Shown: positions 42,911-52,642, numbered from the stretch's first letter. The stretch is 64,000 bases of DNA from Leptolyngbyaceae cyanobacterium (GCA_965263355.1 CBDHHL010000056.1:1312001-1376000), one strand, 5' to 3'. The notes: generated by a model from the letters alone, not told the origin. Program-made: numbers and translations.

Positions 42911-44038
42911 ATGGCCAACAAAATCCTCGAAATCGATAACCTCACTGTCAGCTTCGATGGCTTTAAAGCCCTCAACAACCTCACCTTTGCCATGAACGAA
43001 GGCGAGCTAAGAGTCATCATCGGCCCCAATGGTGCAGGCAAAACCACCTTTCTAGATGTCATCACTGGCAAAGTCCAACCCACCCAAGGCAAGGTCCACT
43101 TCAAAGGTAAAAAACTTAGTGGTCGTGCAGAACATGACATTGCCCGTCTCGGTATTGGCCGCAAATTCCAAACCCCGCGCATTTACCTCAACCTGACACC
43201 ACGTGAAAACCTGGAACTGTGCTGCAACCAAAATAAAAGCGTCTTGTCCACATTGTTTAAGCCCACGCCTAAAGCGGAACGTCGTACCGTTGGGGGGTTA
43301 CTAGAAACCATTGGCCTGGACCACAAAGCCGATAAACCGGCTGCTCTGCTTTCCCATGGCGAGAAACAATGGCTAGAGATTGGCATGCTCGTGGCCCAGT
43401 CCCCCGATTTGCTTTTGGTCGACGAACCGGTTGCAGGGCTGACTGATGAGGAAACCGAACGTACAGGCGAACTACTGATTGCCTTGGCGGAAAGCCACTC
43501 TGTGATCGTCATTGAGCATGACATGGAGTTTGTCCGCCAGATTGCCCGTCAGGTGACGGTGTTGCATGAGGGTTCCGTTCTATGCGAAGGCACCATGGAC
43601 GAAGTTCAAAACGATCCTCGGGTGATTGAGGTTTATCTAGGGACTGAAACCTCAATTACACCAGACCAAATGTTGTTACTGCGCATTGCAGCCACTATGG
43701 CCTGGGCCGATGGCAACTTCGAGCCCGCTGAGCAAGAGATTATTCTTGAGCGCTTAAGTGTTCAGTTTGCTCAGGAACCTGCTGAACAAGAGGCCTTAAA
43801 AACTGAACTCAAAGATTTATTGGCGAAGAGAATACCCCTGGAAGAGTTAGTGCCTCAGCTACAAACCCCCAGCCAACGTGAGCAAGCTTTAATGTTGAGC
43901 TACGAGGTGATTAAGGCTAACCAAATTAATCAGGCGGAAGCATCGGCATATCAGAAACTGGTGCAATTGCTAGGGCTGCCTGAAGACACCGTCGGTCGTT
44001 TAGAAACGGCTGCCGTAGAGCAGTTTGATAATGTATAG
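42911..44038 (+). CDS. urtD: Urea ABC transporter ATPase UrtD with a C-terminal TerB-like domain
   Basis: VSFDGFKALN, GPNGAGKTT, LSHGEKQWLEIGM and PRVIEVYLG, then about 130 extra aa with MAWADG...E motif. ATG 42911 is preferred over the track start. Confidence 0.92.
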   Translation: MANKILEIDNLTVSFDGFKALNNLTFAMNEGELRVIIGPNGAGKTTFLDVITGKVQPTQGKVHFKGKKLSGRAEHDIARLGIGRKFQTPRIYLNLTPRENLELCCNQNKSVLSTLFKPTPKAERRTVGGLLETIGLDHKADKPAALLSHGEKQWLEIGMLVAQSPDLLLVDEPVAGLTDEETERTGELLIALAESHSVIVIEHDMEFVRQIARQVTVLHEGSVLCEGTMDEVQNDPRVIEVYLGTETSITPDQMLLLRIAATMAWADGNFEPAEQEIILERLSVQFAQEPAEQEALKTELKDLLAKRIPLEELVPQLQTPSQREQALMLSYEVIKANQINQAEASAYQKLVQLLGLPEDTVGRLETAAVEQFDNV

Positions 44039-44082
44039 CAACCTTATTTGTTATTCCCTAAACTTTCTACCAAGTACTATCT

Positions 44083-44838
44083 ATGACATCGACAGCTTTC
44101 CAACCTACCCATGATCTGTCTACAAAGGTCCCAATGCTGAAGATTTCGGGCCTGAATTTCTATTATGGGGAGAGTCATATTTTGCGAGATGTGGATCTTA
44201 CAGTGCCAAAGGGACAGATGGTCTGTTTGATTGGCCGTAATGGGGTAGGTAAGACCACATTGTTGAAGAATATAATTGGGTTATTGTCACCCAGAAGCGG
44301 TGCGATCGCATATGATGGCCAAACTATCAATACCCTAACCACCGATAACCGAGCCCGCATGGGCATTGGCTATGTACCTCAAGGTCGAGAAATTATTCCT
44401 CGTTTAACCGTTAAAGAGAATCTTCTAATCGGCCTAGAATCGTTGGGAAAAAGAGCACCAAAGGCCAAAAAAGAAATTCCTCACCTGATCTTTGAACTCT
44501 TCCCAGTATTAAAGACAATGCTATCGCGCATGGGTGGCGATCTCAGTGGTGGGCAACAACAACAATTGTCTATTGCCCGTGCCCTGATGGGACAGCCTCA
44601 GCTATTGCTCCTAGATGAGCCCACGGAAGGTATTCAGCCCTCAATTATTTTGGACATTGAAAACGCAGTGCGGCGGATTATTGAAACCACAGGCATCTCT
44701 GTATTGCTAGTGGAGCAGCATCTACACTTTGTCCGTCAGGCCGATTATTACTATGCCATGCAAAAAGGCGGTATTGTGGCCTCCGGCTCTACCGATCAGC
44801 TCAGCAATGACGTTATCCAAAAATTTCTAGCGGTTTAG
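44083..44838 (+). CDS. urtE: Urea ABC transporter ATPase
   Basis: YGESHIL, GRNGVGKTT, LSGGQQQQL, DEPTEGIQPSI. Confidence 0.95.
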   Translation: MTSTAFQPTHDLSTKVPMLKISGLNFYYGESHILRDVDLTVPKGQMVCLIGRNGVGKTTLLKNIIGLLSPRSGAIAYDGQTINTLTTDNRARMGIGYVPQGREIIPRLTVKENLLIGLESLGKRAPKAKKEIPHLIFELFPVLKTMLSRMGGDLSGGQQQQLSIARALMGQPQLLLLDEPTEGIQPSIILDIENAVRRIIETTGISVLLVEQHLHFVRQADYYYAMQKGGIVASGSTDQLSNDVIQKFLAV

Positions 44839-45245
44839 TCACAATCCAGTTTGCCTAGAATAGGCTATCCCCACTCACCGCCTTACCCAAAATTTCTAAG
44901 TTTGACACAAGACTAGAATCAATATCACCTGAACTGAAAACTGTTCCAATAGCTGATTCATAGATAACACAAATGACTGTGTTTTTTAAGAATGTTTTTT
45001 GATTTCCATTAATTGTCGATACACTGCGCAATATTTAGAAAGCTTGTAGCTTAAGAAACTGGCTTTTCCAAATAAACACTGATATATTCTGTCCTGTAAA
45101 TTCACCTTGAAGCTCAGAAAATACTCGCTAGTAGGTAGTTATATGCCTCAGCGATTCTAGCCTGGAGATGCGGTTTTCTTGCTATCCCCATTCAAGATGG
45201 TTTGCGAACACACAGGATAATTCTCACTTAAGGAACCTATCAAAT

Positions 45246-45668
45246 ATGGTTAGTAGACAGGCTCGTTCTAATGCCGTGAATTCCGCAGGTGGATTCATGA
45301 ATAATTTTCGTGAATTCTTGTTGCGTGGTAATGTTGTTGACTTAGCTGTAGCCGTTGTCATCGGTGGTGCGTTTGGTGCCGTTATCACGTCTTTTATTGA
45401 GGACATTATTACGCCTCTATTGCTGAGTCCTGCCCTTAAGGCAGCTGGCGTTGAAGACATTGCAAATCTATCTGCCAATGGCATCAAGTACGGTCTTTTC
45501 TTCTCCACCGTGATCAACTTTGTTGTCATTGCCTTCATATTGTTCGTACTCATTCGTACTTTTGAGCGCATGAAGCGCACTGAAGAGGTGGATGCAGGCC
45601 CCTCTACTGATGAAAAACTTAACGATACATTAGGTCGTCTAACCGGTTTCTTAGAGCAGCGCATGTAA
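45246..45668 (+). CDS. mscL: Large-conductance mechanosensitive channel
   Basis: FREFLLRGNVVDLAVAVVIGGAF, YGLFFSTVINF; start at 45246 or 45297. Confidence 0.93.
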   Translation: MVSRQARSNAVNSAGGFMNNFREFLLRGNVVDLAVAVVIGGAFGAVITSFIEDIITPLLLSPALKAAGVEDIANLSANGIKYGLFFSTVINFVVIAFILFVLIRTFERMKRTEEVDAGPSTDEKLNDTLGRLTGFLEQRM

Positions 45669-45827
45669 GATAAGTTGTTGTTTGTCTATAAAGACGTTGT
45701 GCAAATAAACTTGAACAGCAGGCTAGGGAATAATTTACTGGTCTGCTGTCTTGTATTTCGATGGATGTTCTACATCTTGAAATTCACTATGGGATAATAA
45801 AGGTGGCATCTGTAAGAACTCCTGGCT

Positions 45828-46682
45828 GTGACTTTACCGACTGCAACACTGTTAATTTCTTGCCCTGATCAACAAGGGTTAGTGGCTAAAATTGCCAACT
45901 TTATTTATGCCAATGGTGGCAATGTCGTCCATGCTGATCAGCATCGAGATGAGCCATCAGAGCTGTTTTTGTCTCGGATTGAATGGCAGCTAAAGGGTTT
46001 TAATCTGGGGCGAGAGCTGATTGGGCCTGCCTTTGATTCCATTGCCAAACCATTGGAAGCCAGTTGGGAGCTACGCTTTTCTGACCAGGTTCCCCGTGTT
46101 GCTATCTGGGTGAGTAAACAAAATCACTGTTTACTGGATTTGCTATGGCGACATCAGGCAGGAGAGTTAACCGCAGAAATCCCGCTAATTATCAGCAATC
46201 ATGAAACCCTCCGACCCATTGCTGAACAGTTTAATATTGCCTTTCATCATATTCCGATCACGAAGGCGACTAAGGCTGAGCAAGAAGAAAAACAACTGGC
46301 ACTGCTAAAAGAACACGCCATCGACCTGGTGGTACTGGCCAAATACATGCAAATTCTCAGTCCTGAGTTTATTGAACAGTTTCCCAGGGTGATCAATATC
46401 CACCATTCATTTTTACCGGCATTTGTGGGGGCCAATCCATACCATCGTGCCTACGAACGAGGGGTAAAAATTATTGGTGCGACAGGACACTATGTGACAT
46501 CAGACTTGGATGCGGGACCAATTATTGAGCAAGATGTGGTGCGGGTGAGTCACCGCGATCAGGTGAGTGATTTGATTCGTAAAGGTAAGGATTTAGAACG
46601 AGTAGTGTTGGCCCGCACAGTGTGGTTGCATTTGCAAAACCGAGTTTTGGTGTATGGCAACCGCACGGTGGTATTTGCATAA
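45828..46682 (+). CDS. purU: Formyltetrahydrofolate deformylase
   Basis: ACT domain SCPDQQGLVA, VLAKYMQIL, INIHHSFLPAF, LDAGPIIEQ. Confidence 0.96.
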   Translation: MTLPTATLLISCPDQQGLVAKIANFIYANGGNVVHADQHRDEPSELFLSRIEWQLKGFNLGRELIGPAFDSIAKPLEASWELRFSDQVPRVAIWVSKQNHCLLDLLWRHQAGELTAEIPLIISNHETLRPIAEQFNIAFHHIPITKATKAEQEEKQLALLKEHAIDLVVLAKYMQILSPEFIEQFPRVINIHHSFLPAFVGANPYHRAYERGVKIIGATGHYVTSDLDAGPIIEQDVVRVSHRDQVSDLIRKGKDLERVVLARTVWLHLQNRVLVYGNRTVVFA

Positions 46683-46695
46683 CTGTTATTTTACA

Positions 46696-46791
46696 GCGGT
46701 TTGTGTGGTGAAGATAATTCTTGCCTTCAGGTATACTCGGCAATAACTTTGCCCATTTCCCGGTAACTGGTATATCTTTGTGTTCTAAATC
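46696..46791 (-). pseudogene. Possible short remnant of a DNA cytosine-5 methyltransferase
   Basis: Peptide GKWAKLLPSIPEGKNYLHHTNR resembles, from recall, a variable-region segment of some C5-MTases (GKWAxLLPSIPEGxNYLxHTxR); no catalytic motifs present. Confidence 0.4.
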
Positions 46792-47007
46792 AGGACAGAT
46801 ATTCAAACAGGTTGAGAATCGAGCCTGGCTTTTGGACCTCAAATTTAATGGAGCTAATCAGTACCTAACGTCAGGGCAGCGGACGCACAAACAAAATCAC
46901 TGGCCTTCCTTGGCCGCTGATCTTGTGCCGCTAAGCTCAGACGTTGTAGCTTAATGCTTTTAAGGGATAGGAATTTTCCTAACCAATGTGACCAGCCCTA
47001 TATTCGG

Positions 47008-48447
47008 TCAACTGGAAGATATGAGACTCAGACCCAATTGCTCACTAAGGGCCTGAGAGATCCATTCAAATTCTATGGGGGTTAAGCCTAACTCGCTATA
47101 CTTAAGGCGATAGAACCCCGTAGTTTTATAAATTTCCAGGCTAGTTGGAGTCATCTCCAGGTTTAGATTGACAATATCTTCTCGCTTGGCCCTAAACAGA
47201 ATCTGGTGCGATCGCATCAAGAGTAATGTTTCTCGATAAATCAGCAACTGATTCTCATTCAAGCAAATATGCAATTGATCTAACAGCTTCTTTCTGGCGG
47301 GTGTGGGTAAAAACGTGATCGCGGCAAAGCCCGAAAGAAGGCTAATGATACTGGACAAGAGCCAGATCAGAGGCCAAACTCCAAAGTCTATAAAGTCAAA
47401 TAATGGAAAAATCACCCAGCTAACCATTCCCCCCATAGACGATGCAATACTAAACGTGATAGCGAGAACAAGTAAATCTAACCAAGACCCAATTTTGTTG
47501 CGTCGAAAGCCTTTAGCAGGAATAACAATATCGAGTGTGTCCTCCTGTTGATTGATTAAAATACGGCTTTGGGCCAGGGGATGATTGGTCAGGGTAGTGA
47601 GTTTGCCCTTTTCTAAAACAGTTTGTAACCCCTTGAGGGCATCTGTGGCTGATGGCGGACGCTGACTGATATCGGGGTTTGTCAGCCAACGCAGCCACTG
47701 ACGTATGGGCGCACTCACATGTTTAGCCTTGGCGTCAAACTGCATACGCATACGTTTCTGAGGCAAATCAGCAGGGTGACAGCCTGTCATAAGAAAGATT
47801 AAAGTAGCGCCTAAGCTATACAGATCTGAAGCCGGTTCTGCCCGACCCCCAAATTGTTCTGGTGGCATATAGCCATAGCTACCCACAATAGTTAGGGTGC
47901 CAGATGTATTTAAAAACGGGACTTGTACAGAGCCAAAATCTACCAGATAAAGCTGGCCCGGACTGTGGGCGGTGCGATTGCCCAGCAAAATATTGCTGGG
48001 TTTGAGATCCCGATGAATAATGGGCGGCATTTGATTATGGAGATATTGCAAAATTGCCAATAGCCGTTGGGCAATATCGATTACGTCCGCCTCACTAAAG
48101 CTCCGCCCCGCTTCCAGATGTTCCTGTAACGACTGCCCATCAATATAGCTCTGGACCAACGCATATCCCTTTGTATGGGGTAAATCGATTTCAAAATAAT
48201 CTAAATACTCAGGAATACCCGCATGATTAAGGGATTTAAGCACTTCTCCCTCGCGCTCAAAGAGTCGTAAATTAGCCCATTCAAAGTCACGATCAAAGGT
48301 GAGAATTTTGATTACTACAGAACATTTCGCTTGTATATCATCCGCCAGCAATGTTCTACGGCCAACGGCTTTACCTAGCTCTTTACGAATTGTGTAGCGA
48401 TTATTGAGCTGCTTCCCTAGCCAAGCTGATGAAGGGGCATCTTTCAT
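47008..48447 (-). CDS. Membrane-associated Ser/Thr protein kinase
   Basis: VVIK, HRDLKPSNIL, DFG, GSYGYMPPEQ, DLYSLG; C-terminal TM segments. Confidence 0.92.
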   Translation of the reverse strand: MKDAPSSAWLGKQLNNRYTIRKELGKAVGRRTLLADDIQAKCSVVIKILTFDRDFEWANLRLFEREGEVLKSLNHAGIPEYLDYFEIDLPHTKGYALVQSYIDGQSLQEHLEAGRSFSEADVIDIAQRLLAILQYLHNQMPPIIHRDLKPSNILLGNRTAHSPGQLYLVDFGSVQVPFLNTSGTLTIVGSYGYMPPEQFGGRAEPASDLYSLGATLIFLMTGCHPADLPQKRMRMQFDAKAKHVSAPIRQWLRWLTNPDISQRPPSATDALKGLQTVLEKGKLTTLTNHPLAQSRILINQQEDTLDIVIPAKGFRRNKIGSWLDLLVLAITFSIASSMGGMVSWVIFPLFDFIDFGVWPLIWLLSSIISLLSGFAAITFLPTPARKKLLDQLHICLNENQLLIYRETLLLMRSHQILFRAKREDIVNLNLEMTPTSLEIYKTTGFYRLKYSELGLTPIEFEWISQALSEQLGLSLISSS

Positions 48448-48459
48448 CCTATGGATCTC

Positions 48460-48780
48460 CTATTTATCAATGGATTGAAGTCCAAATAACCAGTGATATT
48501 GATAGCGCTGATCAAATTTAGGACAAACAAGCATAGGGTTACTGATGGATGACGTCTGGACTTGAGCGACTACATTGACGTTGATAAGTCGATTTGTAAT
48601 GGTTTCTGCCAGATTCTTCTCAACACCAGTCATCAACACACAAGGGCAATTCGCTTTCAGGTAGGTTAGCAACTCTTTAGCTTCTTTTAAGCCAATGCCA
48701 GCGATCTCTCGCATCACCCGTAGCACTGGAATATGGTTTTCTGGCAGCACTTGTATAAATATCTCAAACCGAGTTTCCAC
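48460..48780 (-). CDS. Small protein with a ribosomal L7/L12 C-terminal-like domain
   Basis: IPVLRVMREIAGIGLKEAKEL...GVEKNLAE motif; not a true rplL. Confidence 0.6.
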   Translation of the reverse strand: METRFEIFIQVLPENHIPVLRVMREIAGIGLKEAKELLTYLKANCPCVLMTGVEKNLAETITNRLINVNVVAQVQTSSISNPMLVCPKFDQRYQYHWLFGLQSIDK

Positions 48781-48885
48781 GCCCTAAATCTCCATAAAGA
48801 ACCTAACCCAATTAACTTCAAGCCATAAACGTCAATTCATAACTCTTGGCAGAAACTTTATACAGCGCTTGAACACGGGTAGTAT

Positions 48886-49383
48886 TTAAGTAAACAATTT
48901 GTCTAGACGAAAGTGGGCGATTTTGCCAATTTCTAACAATGCTTGCTGCTGTTCAACAACAGGGGTGTGATGTACACGTGTTGCAAATGCAGCCAGTATA
49001 GTCTCTTTTGTCTGGCCTGTAACTGCCATGATAAAAGGAAAGCCAAATTTGCCCCGGTAAGCTGTGTTCAGTTGTTGCCACTGTCCATACTCTGATGGAC
49101 TCAGTTGATCCAGACCGACACTCGCTTGTTCTTGGACAGAATCAGAGGCCATTTGCACGCTACTTCCCAAGTCTGGATGGGCTTGAATAAGCTCTAGTTG
49201 AGCCTCTTCTGGCATCTGCTCAACAATGTTCACCATGGTTTGGTGAAGATGGGGCAAATCCACAAACGGACGCTGGTGCCAGGTTTGTTCTGCAATGCTA
49301 GGGGTGTCTTCAAACACGCTGCCGAGGGCTGCGACAAACTCTGCTTGGGTCATTTGATTTATTTCAGTGATGGTGTACGCCAT
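48886..49383 (-). CDS. uraD: OHCU decarboxylase
   Basis: FEDTPSIA, AHPDLG, SVQEQASVGL, YRGKFGFPFI. Confidence 0.92.
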   Translation of the reverse strand: MAYTITEINQMTQAEFVAALGSVFEDTPSIAEQTWHQRPFVDLPHLHQTMVNIVEQMPEEAQLELIQAHPDLGSSVQMASDSVQEQASVGLDQLSPSEYGQWQQLNTAYRGKFGFPFIMAVTGQTKETILAAFATRVHHTPVVEQQQALLEIGKIAHFRLDKLFT

Positions 49384-49386
49384 GGC

Positions 49387-49731
49387 TTAGCTACCGCGAT
49401 AAGTGCTGTAGGACCAGGGAGAGCAGAGTAAAGGAACATGGTAGTGGGCGGTGGCATCGGCAATGCCAAACTGAATAGGAACCTGATCTAAGAAGAGGGG
49501 CTCTGGTAGGTGGCTGGATTGTTGTTTGAAGTAGTCACCTACAGCAAACCGGAGCTGATATACCCCAACGGTCAGTTCCTCATCTATCAGTAAGGGCACA
49601 TCGGTGCGACCATCGGCATTGGTGGTTACCGTTTTGAGTAGATGTTCGTCCTGCCACAGTTCGATGGTCAGCCCTGCTGCGGGACAACCCTGGGCCGTAT
49701 CGAGAACGTGGGTGGTAAGTTTGCCTGCCAT
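49387..49731 (-). CDS. uraH: 5-hydroxyisourate hydrolase
   Basis: LTTHVLDTA, TNADGR, HYHVPLL, C-terminal YSTYRGS. Confidence 0.96.
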   Translation of the reverse strand: MAGKLTTHVLDTAQGCPAAGLTIELWQDEHLLKTVTTNADGRTDVPLLIDEELTVGVYQLRFAVGDYFKQQSSHLPEPLFLDQVPIQFGIADATAHYHVPLLCSPWSYSTYRGS

Positions 49732-49739
49732 GGTAAATC

Positions 49740-50900
49740 CTAACGAAATGGACCTTTTTGGATTATTTTTGCGATCGCACCCATAATCCTATCCCCATCC
49801 TCTTGAGCCAGTTCCTCGTACCATTGCCCAGTCTTTTCCGGCACCTTGCCATGGATCATATCCGCCCGTTCCCGTGCCTTAAGGATAATCTCGGCTGTGC
49901 GATCTTTGCGCTCCGTTTCATAGCGTTTCAGAGCATCTTCCACGCTAATGTTGGTGGTGAGCAAGGCTGTCGTTAACGCCCAGGCATCCTCGATAGCCTG
50001 ACACCCCCCCTGGCCCAAATCAGGTGTGGTACTGTGGGCGGCATCCCCGAGTAAGGCCACCCGCCCTTTGACTAGCTGCGGCAACGGTTCCACATCATGA
50101 ATGGGAATACGATTCGTTTTTTCAGGATTTAAATATTGAATTAAGGTTTGCACGGGTGTGGCCCAACCGGCAAAATAGTGACTCAATTCCGCGCGAATAT
50201 CTGCTTGCGGTTGAACCGCTTTAGGCAACGGCACATCGAGAAAAAAGTAAAACCGGTCTCCTCCCACAGGCATCATGGACGCCCGCTGACCATCGCCCAC
50301 ATAGATCACCCAGCTATTGCTAGGAGCTAGTTCCGGGGCCGTTGCCACCAGACCGTTCCAATTCACATAGCCCGCATAGCGACGCTCTACCGTTTGACCG
50401 ACCACATAATTGCGAATAACAGAATGGGTGCCGTCAGCAGCAACGACAAGGTCCCCCGTAGCCCGCCGACCGTCGGCAAAAGTAGCAGTCGCTGTTGTTT
50501 CTGTCTGTTCTACTCCAACACATTGAGAATTTAGTTGGACACTATCAGCCCCCAATGCCGTCAACAGCATTTGTTGTAAATCTGTACGGGCCACCGGATA
50601 GGGACATTGCCCCACAGTCTCCACCAGGGGAGCAAGGCTAAAGTCAGTCAGGGGTCTGCCATCCTGGGTGAGATAGGTCATCCGCTCCATGGGACCACCA
50701 ATATTAGCAATGTCAGCCCCCAACCCCAGTCGATTCAGTACCTTAATGCCGTTGGACCATAGGGAAATGCCTGCACCAGCGGGTCGTAGCTCTCGTACCC
50801 GGTCATAAATTTCGACGGTATAGCCTGCTTGGCGTAGTGCGATCGCAGCCGTTAAGCCCCCCATTCCTGCGCCAACAACAATCGCTTTAAGGTCGTTCAT
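49740..50900 (-). CDS. hpxO: FAD-dependent urate hydroxylase
   Basis: GAGMGGL, AGISLWSNG, RRYAGYVNWNGLV, GDAAHSTTPDLGQGGCQAIED; in an operon with uraH and uraD. Confidence 0.9.
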   Translation of the reverse strand: MNDLKAIVVGAGMGGLTAAIALRQAGYTVEIYDRVRELRPAGAGISLWSNGIKVLNRLGLGADIANIGGPMERMTYLTQDGRPLTDFSLAPLVETVGQCPYPVARTDLQQMLLTALGADSVQLNSQCVGVEQTETTATATFADGRRATGDLVVAADGTHSVIRNYVVGQTVERRYAGYVNWNGLVATAPELAPSNSWVIYVGDGQRASMMPVGGDRFYFFLDVPLPKAVQPQADIRAELSHYFAGWATPVQTLIQYLNPEKTNRIPIHDVEPLPQLVKGRVALLGDAAHSTTPDLGQGGCQAIEDAWALTTALLTTNISVEDALKRYETERKDRTAEIILKARERADMIHGKVPEKTGQWYEELAQEDGDRIMGAIAKIIQKGPFR

Positions 50901-50951
50901 TCTGCCTTATCCTTGCCATGGCCTACAAACCAACTCTAGCTCTCATGCTAT

Positions 50952-50989
50952 ATTACGCGCAGCGAACATAATTACGCGCAGCGAACATA
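50952..50989. repeat. Perfect 19-bp tandem duplication ATTACGCGCAGCGAACATA x2
   Basis: Directly visible in the divergent intergenic region upstream of hpxO. Confidence 0.95.
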
Positions 50990-51041
50990 AACAACTCAAA
51001 GTCAGACATCAACAAATAAAAAATCCGGGAGATCTTCTGAG

Positions 51042-51365
51042 ATGGAGAAAAAACAGCTTTTAGCCCAGACAATGGCGTTTCTCTTATGTACCACCCCTGA
51101 GACTACATTGGGTAAGCTATTAGGGCTATGCTTAGCATCTAAGGTAGATGCTGAAAGGTCAGGCAAAAGCCCGTTAGAATTCGCTGAAGAATTACTCCAA
51201 CATCCCGAAAGAATATCCACCTGGATTACCGAAGTGGTGGATAGCGATGATCGCTACAGTGTCGAAGAAATGGTAGCCCTGACTGAAATGAATCTCAAAG
51301 ATCCTGAAAGTTTTATGAAGGCTTTGCTGGACGAAATGACCGTTTTAGATACCCAAGGTCTGTAG
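51042..51365 (+). CDS. Hypothetical protein
   Basis: 107-aa ORF with plausible composition and an upstream GGGAG; no recognised motif. Confidence 0.65.
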   Translation: MEKKQLLAQTMAFLLCTTPETTLGKLLGLCLASKVDAERSGKSPLEFAEELLQHPERISTWITEVVDSDDRYSVEEMVALTEMNLKDPESFMKALLDEMTVLDTQGL

Positions 51366-51582
51366 TCTGGTCAGTAGGACGGGCACTACCCACCGAACCC
51401 TGCAGATTCAGCAACCGTACTGAAAACCGAATAATTATGGCTTGTTAAGACCCTAGGCAATTTCCGAAGAGCTATGTCAGGATCGTTTTGCTGCCATCGG
51501 GAAAATTAAGCGTTTCTAGTGTTGTTACTTCTAGGCCCCTATTTTTTCCAAAGGCTGCACTATATCCATTCGGGAGGTTCCC

Positions 51583-52044
51583 ATGTTTCTACGTAGCGCA
51601 TTACTCGCTTTAATTTTGCCTATTTTGGTTGTCCTTCCTGGTCAGGCTGCTTCTGAAGAAGACTTGCAACGTCTTGAACTGACGGGTATGTGCGCCTACT
51701 GTGATCTCTCTGGTGCTGATTTGCAATCATCCCATTTGATTGGCGCAGACCTACGCGGTGCTAACTTGCAAGGGGCCAACCTGTCTGACAGTAATCTGGA
51801 AGGCGCTGATTTGAGCCATGCTAACTTAGCAGGGATTAATCTTAGCAATGCCTTTTTGACCAATACTGTTTTTGAGTCGGCTATTTTAGATGGCGCTAAC
51901 CTATCTGGTTCGACCCTCCATTTTACTGACGTTACCAATGCCTCCCTGGAGAACATTGATATAGCCGATGCTCAGGTATTTGGTACGCCCATTAGCATTG
52001 GCGGACCTTACGAAGATTACGAAGATGAGGTTGATAACTACTAG
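51583..52044 (+). CDS. Exported pentapeptide-repeat protein
   Basis: Signal peptide, CAYCDLSGADL, A(D/N)Lxx repeats, GGAGG RBS. Confidence 0.9.
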   Translation: MFLRSALLALILPILVVLPGQAASEEDLQRLELTGMCAYCDLSGADLQSSHLIGADLRGANLQGANLSDSNLEGADLSHANLAGINLSNAFLTNTVFESAILDGANLSGSTLHFTDVTNASLENIDIADAQVFGTPISIGGPYEDYEDEVDNY

Positions 52045-52089
52045 TGCGACGTCTAGCGCGTCAGCTTAAAAACGTCCCCACTCGTTTAA

Positions 52090-52545
52090 TTAAACTGGCG
52101 TAATAGACCGCTGGCACGAGGGGCATACAGCATGGATCAATAGCTGGCAGTCTAGCAAATGGTAACCTGATTTGTCAGCCATTTTGGCTCCAGCTTTGAG
52201 AACCGAGTCATTTTTGAATTCAATTGTTTTGTTACACCGCACACAAATCAGATGGTGGTGGTGGTGGGGTGACGGCTGATTAATTTCGTAGCGCTTTTGG
52301 CCTTCTGCTAGCTCTAGCTCTCGCAAAATACCCATGCGAGACATAAGCTTTAAGTTGCGATAAATAGTAGAGAGACTGATCGGTTCACCCTCTTCCTTAA
52401 GCAGCTCACACAGTTCCTCCGCACTGAGATGCTGGCCTTTATCAATATTTTGAAACGTATTCAAAATAGTCTCCCTTTGTGGAGTCATGCGCCATCCCCG
52501 TTCGTGAAGCTCAGCCTTCATTGCTGCGGGGGTATAGGAGACCAT
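52090..52545 (-). CDS. fur: Fur family transcriptional regulator
   Basis: RMTPQRETIL, HLSAEE, SLSTIYRNL, HHHHLICVRC, CPSC; start 52545 preferred. Confidence 0.9.
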   Translation of the reverse strand: MVSYTPAAMKAELHERGWRMTPQRETILNTFQNIDKGQHLSAEELCELLKEEGEPISLSTIYRNLKLMSRMGILRELELAEGQKRYEINQPSPHHHHHLICVRCNKTIEFKNDSVLKAGAKMADKSGYHLLDCQLLIHAVCPSCQRSITPV

Positions 52546-52623
52546 AACCGTTCCTCTATAAAATGTCATTAACAAAAGCTTAATGCGAATATAGCGAATT
52601 TTTTGGCCATTTGCAATAGTTTC

Positions 52624-52642
52624 ATATTATTGCGAATAATAT
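52624..52642. promoter_or_regulatory. Candidate Fur box (19-bp palindrome)
   Basis: ATATTATT-GCG-AATAATAT between divergent fur and futA; a related TATTATTTGAGAACTTTT lies at about 52838-52855. Confidence 0.6.

Noticed and set aside
48460..48780. rplL (ribosomal protein L7/L12)
   Set aside because: Only the C-terminal-like motif is present, with no N-terminal dimerisation domain and no rplJ context.
50952..50989. CRISPR repeat
   Set aside because: Two adjacent copies with no spacer and no cas genes; no CRISPR array was seen in the window.
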